DNA from: Somniosus microcephalus
Lineage: Eukaryota
Assembly (NCBI GenBank): GCA_052327205.1
Contig: CM126225.1
Coordinates: 48,918,001 to 48,982,000 of the forward strand
Reading direction: 5' to 3'
Length of the DNA stretch: 64,000 nt
Of the stretch, positions 1 through 12,542 are shown piece after piece. A model generated the notes under the pieces. It was not told where the DNA came from. It searched no databases and worked only from the letters and a program-made list of their open reading frames with translations. Each line of letters starts with the position of its first letter. The first letter of the stretch is position 1. The translations under genes and the position numbers were made by a program.

Positions 1-2039
1 AGTGTACAGATAACTGAATTCTCTGGAGGAGACTAGTTTTTAAAAACCAAATTAAAAGTAAACCAGCGCCATTGTAGCTTCTAAATGAGTCCAAAAGCTG
101 GTGATGCCAGCTAAACACATGCTTCCATGGTATTTTAGTCTTACAGTTGTATCCCTAAAATAAATTACTAAAAAATAAAATTAGTGGCGAGGGGGAGAAG
201 GAACCCATGAAGTACCGACAGTGCAGCATTTTTTTTTGGGGGGGGGGATTGAATTGATCTAGTTGTAACTTAATTGAAGGCACCCTTCCCAGGCGGCTGG
301 GTGCAATCTTGGTCTTAGGCGAGTGACCCCAAAATGGCACCTCTGCTTCACTCCTGCCTTTCACACTTGAAGTTCGCTGCCGGTCTTCTGCTGGCCAATT
401 GGATCCACGGAGCAGGTGGTTCCACAGACCGATCTGGAGACCTGTGAGGAAGTCTGTGTGTGTTTACCACAGCTGCGGGAACAAGGTCGGTTGGGCGATC
501 TACACTTCACTTTGAAGAGCCGTCAACTGTGCAATATCCACACCTCGGGAATCGACGGCACTCTGATGGTATTTATAGAAAAAGAAAGCCTTAAAACTGG
601 AAGATTGTGTTCACTGGGCGCTAAAGGGAAAATGGGCCATTTCCCAACTTGGTGAACAGCCACATGAGCTCAGAGACAAAAAGAAGCCTGTTGTTGTGCA
701 GCCCAAACCTGACGTGTCCTGCTTGTGAAATGAGCTGCCCTTTTAAACATAGAAATGAAGCTGACTTCAGTCGAAAGGGTGATTTATTGTTGATTCTCTT
801 ATCCTCTGAAAGAAAGTAACCTGGAATGCATGTAAACTTCCCCCCAGTGACGCGAGATCAAAGAGTAAGGAGTCTAGAACTTTCTAGCATTTTGTTTCAG
901 CGATGCGTACTCTTGACAACCACATCAGTGTATATAGTAACTTATGAAAATAGCACAGTCTGAAGCTTGGGCAGATGTAAGGCCAGGAACAGCTGGAGCG
1001 TTGAATTTGCACATGAATCGTGAATGGCCCGACTGTTCTGAGCAACTTGCACTCTGCCCATGAACCCTCTGCATCCGAGCTACCGTGACACACAACCTCC
1101 TGGCTGCACGCCAAAAGAAACCAAGCATGTTGGCTGCCAAAGTGAGCCCCATCAACTCGAGACTGAGCTAAAGTGTGTGGCCAACATTTACACACAGGCT
1201 GAGAAGTTCATCCTGTTACAATCCGGGCACCAATACAGTATGGGGGTGTATACAGCACATGTAAAAACACTGGTGTCGGGAGTGTATCTCTAGTAAAACG
1301 TAAACTGAGATTCCTTTGGATAAGCTGAGGTTTTAGCCTTTTTGTGGGCATGATGGGTCTTTTAGGCTTTTTTACTGGCTAAGTTCCGCGGAATGGTATG
1401 CCATGAACTAAGATGGGGAATATTCGTATGTTTGTCTGTGAATGATGCATGGAACTGATTCCACTGGGAAAGTTTTGCCTCACCTTCCTGTTTCTGTCAA
1501 AGTCTCCCTCATCACAAACACACAGATCTCCTGCAAAGCACAATTAGGAATCTATTTAATCGAGCTTCAGAATATTTTCCATTTGAATAAGTGCAGTTGT
1601 GAACTTTCTGGAAAACTTTTTGTGGCTTATTATTTGGGAGGTGGAGAAAAGACTTGTTTTCATTTTTAATTAATCTTTACATTTTTGACAGTATTTTCTG
1701 GTGAATTTCATGTTCCTCAAAGTGAGGGGTGGTGGAGCTTGAAATTGGCATTATTCCCTTCACCACTTAATGCTTGCTGCTTGAGACTACCATTTATCAG
1801 CTCATGGTAAGATGAACATACGAAAAATGACAGGCAGAAAAAGAACTACTGGTCCATCCAGCCTGTCCCATGCAGTTGTGATGTCTTGTGCGTCACAATA
1901 CATACATACATTCCCAAGTAATGTGGCGAACTACCAAGTAATTTGCAAGTAAAGGCATCCACAGAACAAAGCTCCCACTACTTTTTCCCAGCTGCAAACG
2001 CTGAAGACACTTTTCCACTTTACAAGAGTCATCCACAAG

Positions 2040-2235
2040 TGGGCTCAGAGTGAGATTGCCAACTCTCCTTGTGCCAGTTATTGGCAGCTTTGCTGTGGAA
2101 CTGGGTTGAGGCTGCCCGAAGTTTAAAAAAATATATAGGACGCTTCCAGCCAACAGAGAGGAGACCTTCATCTCAGTAGTGTGGCTGGCTACGAACCCAG
2201 GTTCCAGAGCTGAAAGGCCAGCGTCTAATCCCCCG
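2040..2235 (-). mobile_element. Degenerate LF-SINE-like tRNA-head SINE fragment
   Basis: Minus strand reads gcctttcagctctggaacctgggttcg...ctcaacccagttcc...ttggcaatctcactctgag, related to the copy at 55440-55775. Confidence 0.45.
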
Positions 2236-2824
2236 TACCATCCAACACCTCCCTTTGTTATTAAGATGAATCTGTGGCTTCCACAGCATCCTATGTGGAG
2301 TTGTACTCCACAGACTGGTCATGGGTTTAATCGAGTGAAAGGCTCAAATATTCTTTCGCTGTTCAGGGGTGAAAACTCTTTCTGTGGCCACAGTGGTGCA
2401 GGATCAGACTGTGACGTAACATTGAATGTCCTTGGACATCTGGGCCTAGAGTTTCTGATTGGTGTTATATTATTGCCGGTATTGACCCATTTATAAAGAA
2501 TGGGTTAATGCTGATGTTAAAGTAATAACACTTTGGCCCTGGTGCACTCTTTTAATTCTGCAGTACCAGAACTTTCCCACGAGGGCCTCTGTAAGCTCAG
2601 AACATTATAGCCGGTGAAACTGAAAGACAGCAATGTTTTTCCCATGGCTTTTTCAACAACTTGGATTTTTATAGCACCTTTAATGTAGTAAAACGTCGTA
2701 GTGATGCTGTTAGTTTGTCATTAATCTTAAAGGCAGCATCGGCATTGTGTATAACAGTAGATGCTGTTGTACTATATTGTTGTAAGTGTAGCAGGGGCTC
2801 ATTGATTTTCTTTCTCTGTTTCAG

Positions 2825-2935
2825 GCAAATTGTGATTTAAGAAGACAAATAGATGAGCAACAGAAAATGCTTGAAAGATACAAAGAGCGGTTAAATAAAT
2901 GTGTGACGATGAGCAAAAAGCTGCTGATAGAAAAG
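2825..2935 (+). CDS. TLK2: TLK2 coding exon (first in window; [37 protein letters not shown], coiled coil)
   Basis: ttcag|GCA...AAG|gtacg; 111 nt, phase 0-0; peptide matches the vertebrate TLK coiled-coil region. Earlier exons lie upstream of the window. Confidence 0.96.
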
Positions 2936-3164
2936 GTACGATGGGCATTAATTTGAGTGGCGCTGACATTGGAAGCACCGATCCATAGGAAAGGCTCGGG
3001 AGAATTCTTTATATTCGGAGTACTTTCCTATTTTAAAGAAGAAACGATTAACCGCAGGAGAATTTTGATTGACTTTCTTTTAGAAGCATTGGTTTTCCCA
3101 CCAGCATGGAGATTGGGTAGGGTCTCGCTCACTGCTAGTCTACTTTGGTGCCGTTATCAACTGG

Positions 3165-3760
3165 CGTTAAACCGAGGCCCCGTCTGCCCTCAAGTGGATG
3201 TAAAAGATCCCGTGGCACTATTTCAAAGAGTCCTGGCCAATATTGATCTGTCAACCGACATCACTAAAAATAGATTTTCAGGTCATCATCACATTGATGT
3301 TTATGGGAGCTTGCTGTGCGCAAATTGGCTGCCGCATTTCCTATATTACAGGAAACTTTGTGTTATCCGGAGGCTAAGCTCGAGCCACCGGCAAAAATCA
3401 GGAGCCGTTTTGTTAGGTTTTTTTTCTTCTCGTGGCTTTTTTTTCAACAGTCAGGCTCTGGAAAGTCTCTCTGAAGCTGTTGCTAAGCTACAGAGATGCT
3501 TCCAAGGTACGGGCCGACTGTTTAGAAGCTGTTGCTAAGCAACAGTGTTTGTTGTCAGATACGGAGATGAAAAGCTCCGTATGCTTCAACATTAACGCTG
3601 GTGTGTCCGGCAGTTTTGAGGGAACGGCAACAGCTCGGTGCCGGATAGCGCAAAGTTTCCTGTACAACAGTGACGACACTTCCAAAGTATTTCATTGGTT
3701 GTAAAGCGCTGAGGTTATGAAAGGCGCTATATAAATGCAAGTCTTGCTTGCTTTCTTTCT
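3165..3760 (+). mobile_element. SacSINE1/Deu-SINE-type SINE (3' two-thirds), interrupted by a MITE
   Basis: gttaaaccgaggccccgtctgccctc...aaaggcgctatataaatgcaagtctt; same family as the full-length copy at 56183-56647. Confidence 0.85.
3349..3662. mobile_element. Tc1/mariner-pogo(Tigger)-type MITE, 314 bp
   Basis: 22-bp TIR caggaaactttgtgttatccgg / ccggatagcgcaaagtttcctg (2 mismatches); TA duplication at 3347-3348 and 3663-3664; removing it restores the SINE sequence attacaacagtga. Confidence 0.88.
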
Positions 3761-3813
3761 TTCTGCAGCAGCTCTACTGAAAGCAGTGGGGACAAGAAAG
3801 AAAGACCTGAGAC

Positions 3814-3936
3814 CAATAATTTTTTTATCGTAATTTTTTTTTGGGTGTGCGTTCCCTTTAACATAGGAAAGACCGGTCCCGGGCTGCACGGGACCGGCAG
3901 AGAGTTGCGCAGCTGCGCATCTTCTAGGGAACGTTG
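3814..3936 (-). mobile_element. hAT-type MITE (CAATGTTCCCT-TIR family), copy 1
   Basis: Right TIR agggaacgttg, left TIR decayed; 8-bp TSD cctgagac/cctgaggc. Confidence 0.7.
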
Positions 3937-4319
3937 CCTGAGGCTAATCTTTTCCCATCAAATAGAAAGTGCTCCCTGTCCCATCCTCTTCCATAGGACT
4001 TGTGCAGTGAGTGAGGGAATGATTCTGTTCCGTTTTTCCTTTGGTTTAAATGGGGCTTATTGCAGATACTTAGGGCTGTTGATCAGTGCCCTCTCCCTGG
4101 CAGGATCTGCCTCTTACCTCCCTCTCCAAATTGGATTGGCTGCCATCTTTAAAAAAAAATCTTCATAGCAGGGGATGAAATATTAAATTACAGACATAAG
4201 TATTGCTACATTTATTGATGGATTAGGGAGTTGGTATAAAACTTGCAAGTTGATATTTTAATATGCAATACTAGTAATGAATACATCCGCATTTTGGAAT
4301 GGAATTCCTCAGTCTTGAG

Positions 4320-4385
4320 GATCAGCCATGATCATATTGAATGGCGGAGCAGGCTCGAAGGGCTGAATGGCCTACTCCTGCTCTT
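4320..4385 (+). mobile_element. CR1 LINE 3' tail fragment
   Basis: gatcagccatgatcatattgaatggcggagcaggctcgaagggctgaatggcctactcctgctc, shared with the ends of the other CR1 copies. Confidence 0.8.
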
Positions 4386-4502
4386 TTTTTCTGTTTCTAC
4401 CCCAGGATGTCATTCATTCTGAATGCTAAAATACGAAGAGTGGGGAGTTAGCTGGCTGATTGTGGTTTTTTGGTTAACCCATTATGTTTCTTTCCTGTTC
4501 AG

Positions 4503-4639
4503 TCAAAACAAGAGAAGCTTGCCTGTCGAGACAAAAGTATGCAGGACCGTCTGCGACTAGGACACTTCACTACGGTCCGGCATGGAGCCTCCTTCACCGA
4601 ACAATGGACAGATGGTTACGCGTTTCAGAACCTTATTAA
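4503..4639 (+). CDS. TLK2: TLK2 coding exon ([46 protein letters not shown])
   Basis: ttcag|TCA...TAA|gtacgt; 137 nt, phase 0-2; GYAFQNLIK is the TLK2-type sequence. Confidence 0.97.
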
Positions 4640-4757
4640 GTACGTGCTGACCATTGGGAGCCAAGGCCAAAGAAGGGTGGGAATGGAGCCGGTGGTGCTC
4701 ACTTTAACGACCCTGCCTCATACCCCTCTCCCAACCCATGACACAATAGCGGTACCT

Positions 4758-4926
4758 GTAATTTTTGCCTTCACCACCTTGGTGGAGTGGATTGCCCGCC
4801 CGTTCTGGAAGCCGCCTGATTTTTCATTGCATTGATTTGAATGGGATGAAAATGGGGTGAGTTCTACAGAGGTAGTGCGATCTGCTCCGTCAGATTACTG
4901 CCCAGGCGGTGGAATGTTAAAATTAC
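4758..4926. mobile_element. Palindromic MITE
   Basis: Ends gtaatttttgc / gttaaaattac; central imperfect palindrome ttttcattgcattgatttgaatgggatgaaaa. Confidence 0.55.
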
Positions 4927-5579
4927 CCTCTGTCCTTTGTAACGCCGTTTAAAGTCTGTCGCCAAGAAGGTTCCACTGAACAGACGAGCATTTGTGTATG
5001 GAGTGTGTTGGGGCGAGAAATTGGACCACTTGTTTGTCTGTACTTGGATGTGTCGGCTTCTTATTTATGTTGGAAGTTCAAACGGTTTCCACAAAAAAAA
5101 GGAATGCAGTAAAGTGATACCGTAAATGAGTCATCAAAGGATAACCTTCGTTTGTAGTCTCTCCATGAACCATAAACCAAGCAAGCAATCCGAAAACCAG
5201 CAGAAAATGAAAGGAAAGCGACGGAATTGCAGATTTAAGGAGGAGGATGGTAAAATATTGAAACCAGAAAGTTGCATCTCAATCAAAGAGAGGGATCTGG
5301 AACAAGAATAACGCACACTCGGGACAAGAAGTAACTGGGAGAGCGAAGAACTGAAACACAGAAAAACTTTTTGGGGCAGAAACCTAAAGGAGCAACAAAA
5401 TAGCAGGAACTGCAGATAGAAAATGGACTCCTGCCCCCACCCTACCCCACGATTTATGTAACCGCAGGTTGTAGAGTTGTGGGAAACCACCCCCCCCTGC
5501 TGATTTTATGTAGAGTGGATTTTCAAACTGAGCCTGTATCTACAATGGTCCATCCCATGGTTTTGGGTGAGGTGGATAG

Positions 5580-5729
5580 CAATGTTCCCTTTAAGTCGCA
5601 CAGCGCTCTAGTGGACCGGCGCAGCCAGCTCACCGGCTTTTCAATGGATAAACCACGCATGCGTGGAAGTTTCAATGGGACACACAGCCCCCTTTTTAAA
5701 AAAAAAAAAAACAACTAGACGGAGCATTA
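5580..5729 (+). mobile_element. hAT-type MITE, copy 2
   Basis: caatgttccctttaag...ctagacggagcatta; 8-bp TSD gtggatag/gtggagag. Confidence 0.75.
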
Positions 5730-5901
5730 GTGGAGAGTATATATTGTGATGCAAAAGGTATCGCAATTGTGTGGGACAGGCTGAATGGACCAGAGTGTCT
5801 TTACCTGTCTGTCATTGTATGAAACTCAAACCTGGCTGACAGAAAATTGTGTGTGTGGATATATTGCGCTTTTAATCTTAAAGCATATGTGCTGTTGTGT
5901 G

Positions 5902-6020
5902 CAAAGTTCCCTTTAATTTTTTTTTGAGTGCATGGCCCATTTGAAATTTTTCCCATTTAAGAGCCAGCTGCGCGGGAGCTGCAGAGCGTTGCGCGGCTGC
6001 ATATCTTAAAGGGAACATTG
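5902..6020 (-). mobile_element. hAT-type MITE, copy 3
   Basis: caaagttccctttaa...ttaaagggaacattg; (g)ttgtgtg on both flanks. Confidence 0.75.
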
Positions 6021-6164
6021 TTGTGTGTTGCTGTTTCATTGAAGCTTGTTAATGCAGTTGGTTTATTTCAGCAAACCCTGCCCTCTCACACACTTCCTCT
6101 CCCCAGAGTTCTCCCGCGGCTTCTAACGCACCCTTTTTTTTAATGCTTTGTCATTTTTGTACAG

Positions 6165-6317
6165 ACAACAAGAGCGGATAAACACCCAGCGGGAGGAGAT
6201 TGAGCGACAGAGGAAGCTGCTAGCAAAACGAAAACCGGCAGCCATGTGTCAGATGCTGCCTGCAAATAACGAGCAGAAACCGAGGAAGAACAAAGCGAAC
6301 GGAGCAGAAAATGAGAC
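6165..6317 (+). CDS. TLK2: TLK2 coding exon ([24 protein letters not shown]...NGAENET)
   Basis: gtacag|A...AC|gtgagt; 153 nt, phase 2-2; frame continuous with both neighbours. Confidence 0.96.
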
Positions 6318-9081
6318 GTGAGTCAGGCTGCAAGCAAACTGATTTTAAATTGGCCATTTAGCTGTGCGGTCAATTGATCGAGGCTTGTCCTTTTTTTTAA
6401 TGATCTTTCACTAATGCCAAAAGTGCTCAATTTGCCTGATAGCATTCAGGGTCTGCACTTCGTCCTGAAACTTTTCATCTGTAAATATATCTGAAAGGAG
6501 AGCAAGGAATGATTAAGGACACGGTTGTTTGGTAATGGAAAGATAGATGTAACTAAGTGCTTAAACTTGTGGGTCTGAATGAGGCCTGGTCACTTTCTAC
6601 ACTGTCTTTGTTGAAAGATGCTGCAAGGAAGGAACAACTGGCATTTACATAAGTGCCTTTCACAACCTCCGGATGTCTCGAGCGCTTCACAGCCAATGAA
6701 CAATGTAACAGTTTAACTATATTTAATAACAGACCTCCTGTTTGGAGCGAGCTTTACCTGTAATCCCAGCAGATTGGCGCAGGAATTTACAACTTAAATT
6801 GAGCCTCTTTGGCCCCTATCCACTCTCCTTTTGCAGGGTTTCTGAGTTTGTGATTTGAAGGAAGCTTCTCTGGATATTTGTGGCGTATTCACAAAGTGTA
6901 ATGTTGCGCTGTGTTGTATTGCTCACTAAACTTCCAATAGGCAGACACCACCTTCTGAAGAATATTTACCGTGGCTCGTATCTCTCGTTAGCAGTATAGG
7001 TGCCTTGGGATATTGTTGGTTTCGTTTTTTTTTCCTTTACAAATTTTGTTTTAAGCACTGAAATGTGCAAATGGCATGAACCTCACATAACTGCACCAAA
7101 AATTGATGGCACAGAAGAATACACAATAGTCCAGATGGAAAACGTTACTCACATCATTGAGCATGAAGCTTAAATCAAATGCCAGATTGATGAGATGTCA
7201 TGAAATTAGATAGGGTGCCCTCCTTCAGGAAGCTTGTTTCTTCAATACTGCTATAAATGCCATTTGGTCTGCTCCTGCTCTCGCAATACCTAGTCAAGAT
7301 TTGGACACTACAGGGGAAGATTTCCTCTTGATATATTCTTTATAAACAGGTTTGTGATTCAGTTGCATATAACGCACGGCTCTTTCCACCACCCCCCCCC
7401 CCACCCCGATCAAATTGATACGAGCTGCATAATGATACCAAACAACTATAGTGATCTATTTGGATTATTCCACACGGACAGAATATTATGTGCAATGGTT
7501 TACATGTGAGATTTGTCACCCACAACACAAGTGCTGCCATGCTGTCCAGCACACGCTGTACGGCAGACCATAGATTTGTAGAGTTCAACTCCGGGTACTA
7601 ATTGCACCTGTCCAAAAATTGGGCACACCTCGGGCATTCCAAAAATGAGCCAAAATGGCACGTTTAATCTCAGCACTTTGACCATGAGTACCATATCTGC
7701 TCGTTTCAGTTCACTCTGGGAAATGTGTGCATTTAGATAGAATTATTTAGACTGCTGTGAGAAGTCCAGCATTAATAATGGTTCTCGTCAGGAGCCCACT
7801 TGTGTGTTTCCACCTGTGGGAGGTACAATATCCCATGGCCTGGCTTCCCTGAGTGAGCCTGTAACATTTAGAAATAATTTCTCTGGGGAGCAGTCATCCG
7901 ACATTGGCGCTCGAAGCCACAGTATCTCCTAGATGTTGTCCTTATTGAAACATTTGGAGCTGCTTTTCTTGAGGAGGAGGAGCAGCAACATCATTTTTAA
8001 AGTGTTTGTGAAATAAATGATCCATTTGGCTTGAAGCTGCTGCAGAATAGCTGGGCAGGTGTCATGGTATACTGTGATGTAGTCCTGTCAACAGTCTCCC
8101 TCCGTACCTCTGTCCCTCACTCACGTCTGTCTGTCTCCTCCCATCCGCCTGTCTCCTCCCTCCCTCCCTCCCTATCCATGAAGAGCAGGCTGCCTTGCCA
8201 TGCTGCTGTCAAGCCAGCTGCTAGTAGGTTTGCAGGAGTGGCCTGGAGTGATGCTCTTTCTCTTCCCTCCCACTCCAGCAGCTGGCTTCCACTCGATGTC
8301 TCTGACAGCAGAGTTGAGGAATTGTACTGAATGTAAACCCTATAATTTCTCACCAATGTGTGTGGAGAATTTGCATTAAACCATTTGCCATTAGTAAAGA
8401 GCAGTGTTTGTAGTTCTGGGATTTGACCGCAGGATCCCAGCACACATTTCCCCCACGGTTATTGATGGAATCAAGAGGTTATATCGGTATTCCAACATTT
8501 CACTGGTTATTATTGAGGGAGGTCATGATCTTTTCTAGGTTGACATTATTGGGCCTGAAAGGAGTTTTAATCTTTCTAAATATGTGCATATAATTAATGG
8601 GAATTTTGAAAAGGCTTGCTTTGTTTTTCTAATGGTCTAAAAAGGGAATTTACTCGCAACAAGGCTGATCTAATTGGTACAGCATGATCTCCTTTGGGCT
8701 TTGTTTGATCTTGACTTGCGTTTTTTGTGTGTCGCGGAGTGCAGAAATTGTGTTTAAAACGTTGGGAAAATGTTGCCGAGTTTTTTGTAGGGAATTTGGA
8801 TATTTGCCAAAAAATAGATTTGAAGTAATAGTGTGGAATTAGTTCGAGTTGTTTGTAGGATCAAAAAGTAGATGTGCTCCTATGTAATTTAATACTTGGG
8901 ATTGAGCTACCTTTTTCATTTGCAATCACTGCTACTCGAGCAACTACCTTGGGCTTTAATTGAGCCCCTCTACCACCGGCCAGGTCATGCTGAATAGATC
9001 CAAGACTAAGTCGCAAAGCACATCACCACTAAACCTCTGAAGGCTATGAAATGAATGCCTCTGAATGTTTTTAATCCTTGA

Positions 9082-9258
<177 letters not shown>

Positions 9259-9454
9259 TGAGCCTTCTTCCTGCGCCTTCCTGGGGTTGTGTTCTATCCC
9301 AAACTGGGGTCCATAAGGGAATCTCAGCTTCTACGGCAGATTCAGACAGTCATTTAGTTTCTTTGTTGTACTTTCTCTTTCTTACTCCCATGTAGCTGTA
9401 TCCTGATTGAAAGTTTCTGCAATGACAGCTCTGTTCTCCTTTGGGGAATCTGAC

Positions 9455-9570
9455 CGTGTTTGAAAGTTGGGACAGGGGATCCCGGGGGTGTATAATATCC
9501 TCAAGGCGTCTCTGGGAGTATGCCAGTGTTTGCAGGGGGTCCCCAGCATAGAAAAGTTTGAAAATCGATG
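9455..9570. mobile_element. Possible hAT-Charlie-like MITE remnant
   Basis: End ggggtccccagcatagaaaagtttgaaaatcgatg resembles Charlie/MER5-type termini; left end decayed. Confidence 0.4.
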
Positions 9571-10433
9571 TTCTAGATCAATATGCACACCAATGTAGCT
9601 CAGAAACACCCTGGTCCCACCAAAATGTTTCAAAGTCCTGATGAATAAAGTATTGGTCTGCTTAGTACTTGAGTGTCAGGAAGCGAAGTAACTTCACCAG
9701 GGACAGCGGTACACACAGAATGTTTGGGCATGATGTTCCATGCAGAGAATTTTATCCTTTTTCTCCCTTCCTGTACTGAAGGTGGTGAATCTTGCTGGAG
9801 TACCATTCTACTTATACTGATGGCACCTCTGGTACTTCAGCCAAGTGGCCACTCTTCCTTGGGTAAGCCTGAATGGTGAGTGTAACAGGCACCACAGTTG
9901 ACCTTGCTCCTGTATTCACTACTGGCCACGTGCAAACTTTCCAGCACAGCAGAGAATTGCAGCACCACTACTGCTGTCTATCGGAGAGCTGACTCAGTGC
10001 ATCAAACGTGGCATCTTCTGGCCTGTGTGGCTCGGTGCTGTGCTGCACCTTGAACTGAAACTAGTGATGGTCAGCCATCGTGGTGTGGGGCAGGCTTGAT
10101 GGACCAGTTGCTCTTTTCCTCCCTGCCAATTTTGTATGTACATGAGCCATTCGCCAAGTTACTGCAGGAAGAGTTTTTTTTGCTGCTGGCATGCTGAAGG
10201 AGGTGCCTCCTGTCACCTGATAGTGTCTTGGGTAGATATCTTCAATCAGGCCTGACTCTCCTCCATCGACTTTAGGTGAGTGGTGTGCAATCAATAGCTG
10301 GTGAAATGGACATTACCGTATCTTGCATTTAAAAAAGATCCATAATCACTTTGAAATTACTAGAAAATTTGAAAGTGCGCAGTTACTTTTAAATGAATTT
10401 TTCAACCTTTGTTGAGTACTGTCGCTGTGTTAA

Positions 10434-10625
<192 letters not shown>

Positions 10626-12542
10626 TAAGTTATCGATGTCTCTTATATATTCTTTACGGGAGGCAACGTAACTTTCTCATATTTCACTCTTGTCTTCCCA
10701 TGTCTCAAGTTATGAGAAAGGGATGACTTTTTTTTTGGTTTGGTCAGAGTTTTAGAACTGCATATTGAGCCAGTAAGAGATATAGTTCAAGTGAAAAGGT
10801 TATCTGTGTGATCTATCCCTTTTGATTCCTGTCCATACTAAATAAAGAATGGAAGCACCACACTTACCCCTGAAAACTGACCAGTTATTGGGAATTGGCC
10901 AAGTGGGAACAGCAACAGGAGCCTGCTACTCTGAAGGACCGTGGGCTTATCGAGAAGACCTATGTAATGTGCTCTAGCCTTATAGGGGTAGGGTTGGCAG
11001 CTGATAAATGAGAGGCAGAGCTTATCCTTCCCTCATGGATTGAATCCTCTGTTCACTCTCTCCAGATACTTGACCAGGATGCCACACACCTAGAAATTCA
11101 AATGTCAGTTTTCAAAGTAGCAGCTTTTGACTCACCAGGCACATGTATAGAATGGGTGCCTTTTCCACACTAGGAGTCATAGGCTGCCGGTCTATTTGAA
11201 GAATTCCAGAGCCCTGAATCACTTTTAATTTCCTGCAATGCCCAGCACATGTGGATTACTTTACAGAGCAGGAGTCAAACCTTCTAAAAGTGATTAATGG
11301 CCAACAAGTCTGCAATGTTCTTGATCCGGCTATAGCTGCTCTATAAATGTATTGTCTCATGTGCTTGCTAGGCTGCTGTCTTGTTCTTTACTTGGAACAC
11401 TTTGTACACATCCCTCCGCATTTTGCAACAGAAGTGAGCGAGCAATTAGTATTGTCTTATGTAGCCGAGACACTCCACAATGTTTAATTCATCTTCCAAT
11501 CACGGAAGAACAAGGGCAATTTAGGATTTCTGCTTGGGTTGCTTCTATAGTAATATATATTTCTACTAGATACTGATTAAAAATAACTTGACATTTAAAA
11601 AAAAAAAAAATGTTATAGCTGCCAGTATTTTATTGGTACTCCAAAGAAGATTAAATGGTCTGAGAGTGTGGGGAAAAAAGCCTGGAGGAATAAGTGCTAG
11701 AAGGTGAGGCTTTCCTTACATTTTGCACCCATTGTTGGTGTCAAGCATTCCAGGCCGAGTGTGGCGTTCTCCACAGATAGTAATGTGTCCTCTCCGCCAA
11801 TGACGTGCTTAACTGGAGCCTCAGTAGAGAACCATTGACTGTACCAGCCAAATCCCACGCCAGCCACATGAATGAGACTGAGCATGCCCGGTTAGTGCTG
11901 GATCGCGGCCGGTTTGTGTAGTGTTGGGCCCCACATTCCCTTCACATTGGATTCTTGCAGAGGGGAAACCATCATCCCAGTTGCTGTGTGGATTTGAATT
12001 CTGATGCCAGTGTCAGCTTTAAGTTCTGTTGGCAGATGGGCATAACCTCCATGTCAGATTGGTTAACCAAAGGTCAAAGTTTATATTAACCCCAGACTGC
12101 CAGACTAGTAACCATTTGAACCTTGCTGAATGCTTGTTTAGCATGGTATGAATAAGAGAACATTTGGTTATGTGACTTCTACAAAAATCTGCTGAATTTA
12201 ATAACTGGACTGCTCAACTAGAATACAAAACTGAATGAATGACTATCCTTGGGTTAGCTTCTTGTATAGTAGCATTATGGCCACCAAAGTCAACTGCAAC
12301 TCATTTGTTCGTCAAAGATGAGGGCATTCCTTACATCTCTACTGTTCTGATTTGATTTGGTGCGTATATCAATGTTAAAGCATCCAGGTGATCAGCATCA
12401 AATGGCTGCAGGCAAAATGGAAACTGTCCAGGTGAGGCATGTGTTGGAGAATGGCCCATGAGAAGTACGTCTCACCAACTGGCCTGTGCTTTTCATAGGT
12501 TCTGGTGTGAGCCTGTTCACTTCTCACTGAAGTATAACAAAT

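Noticed and set aside
980-1310. ORF 1060-1293 as an upstream TLK2 exon or separate gene
   Set aside because: No TLK similarity, no recognisable domain and no convincing splice sites; the expected preceding TLK2 exon was not found in 1-2824.
2957-3538. 193-aa ORF after the first exon
   Set aside because: Runs through SINE and MITE sequence; a chance open frame.
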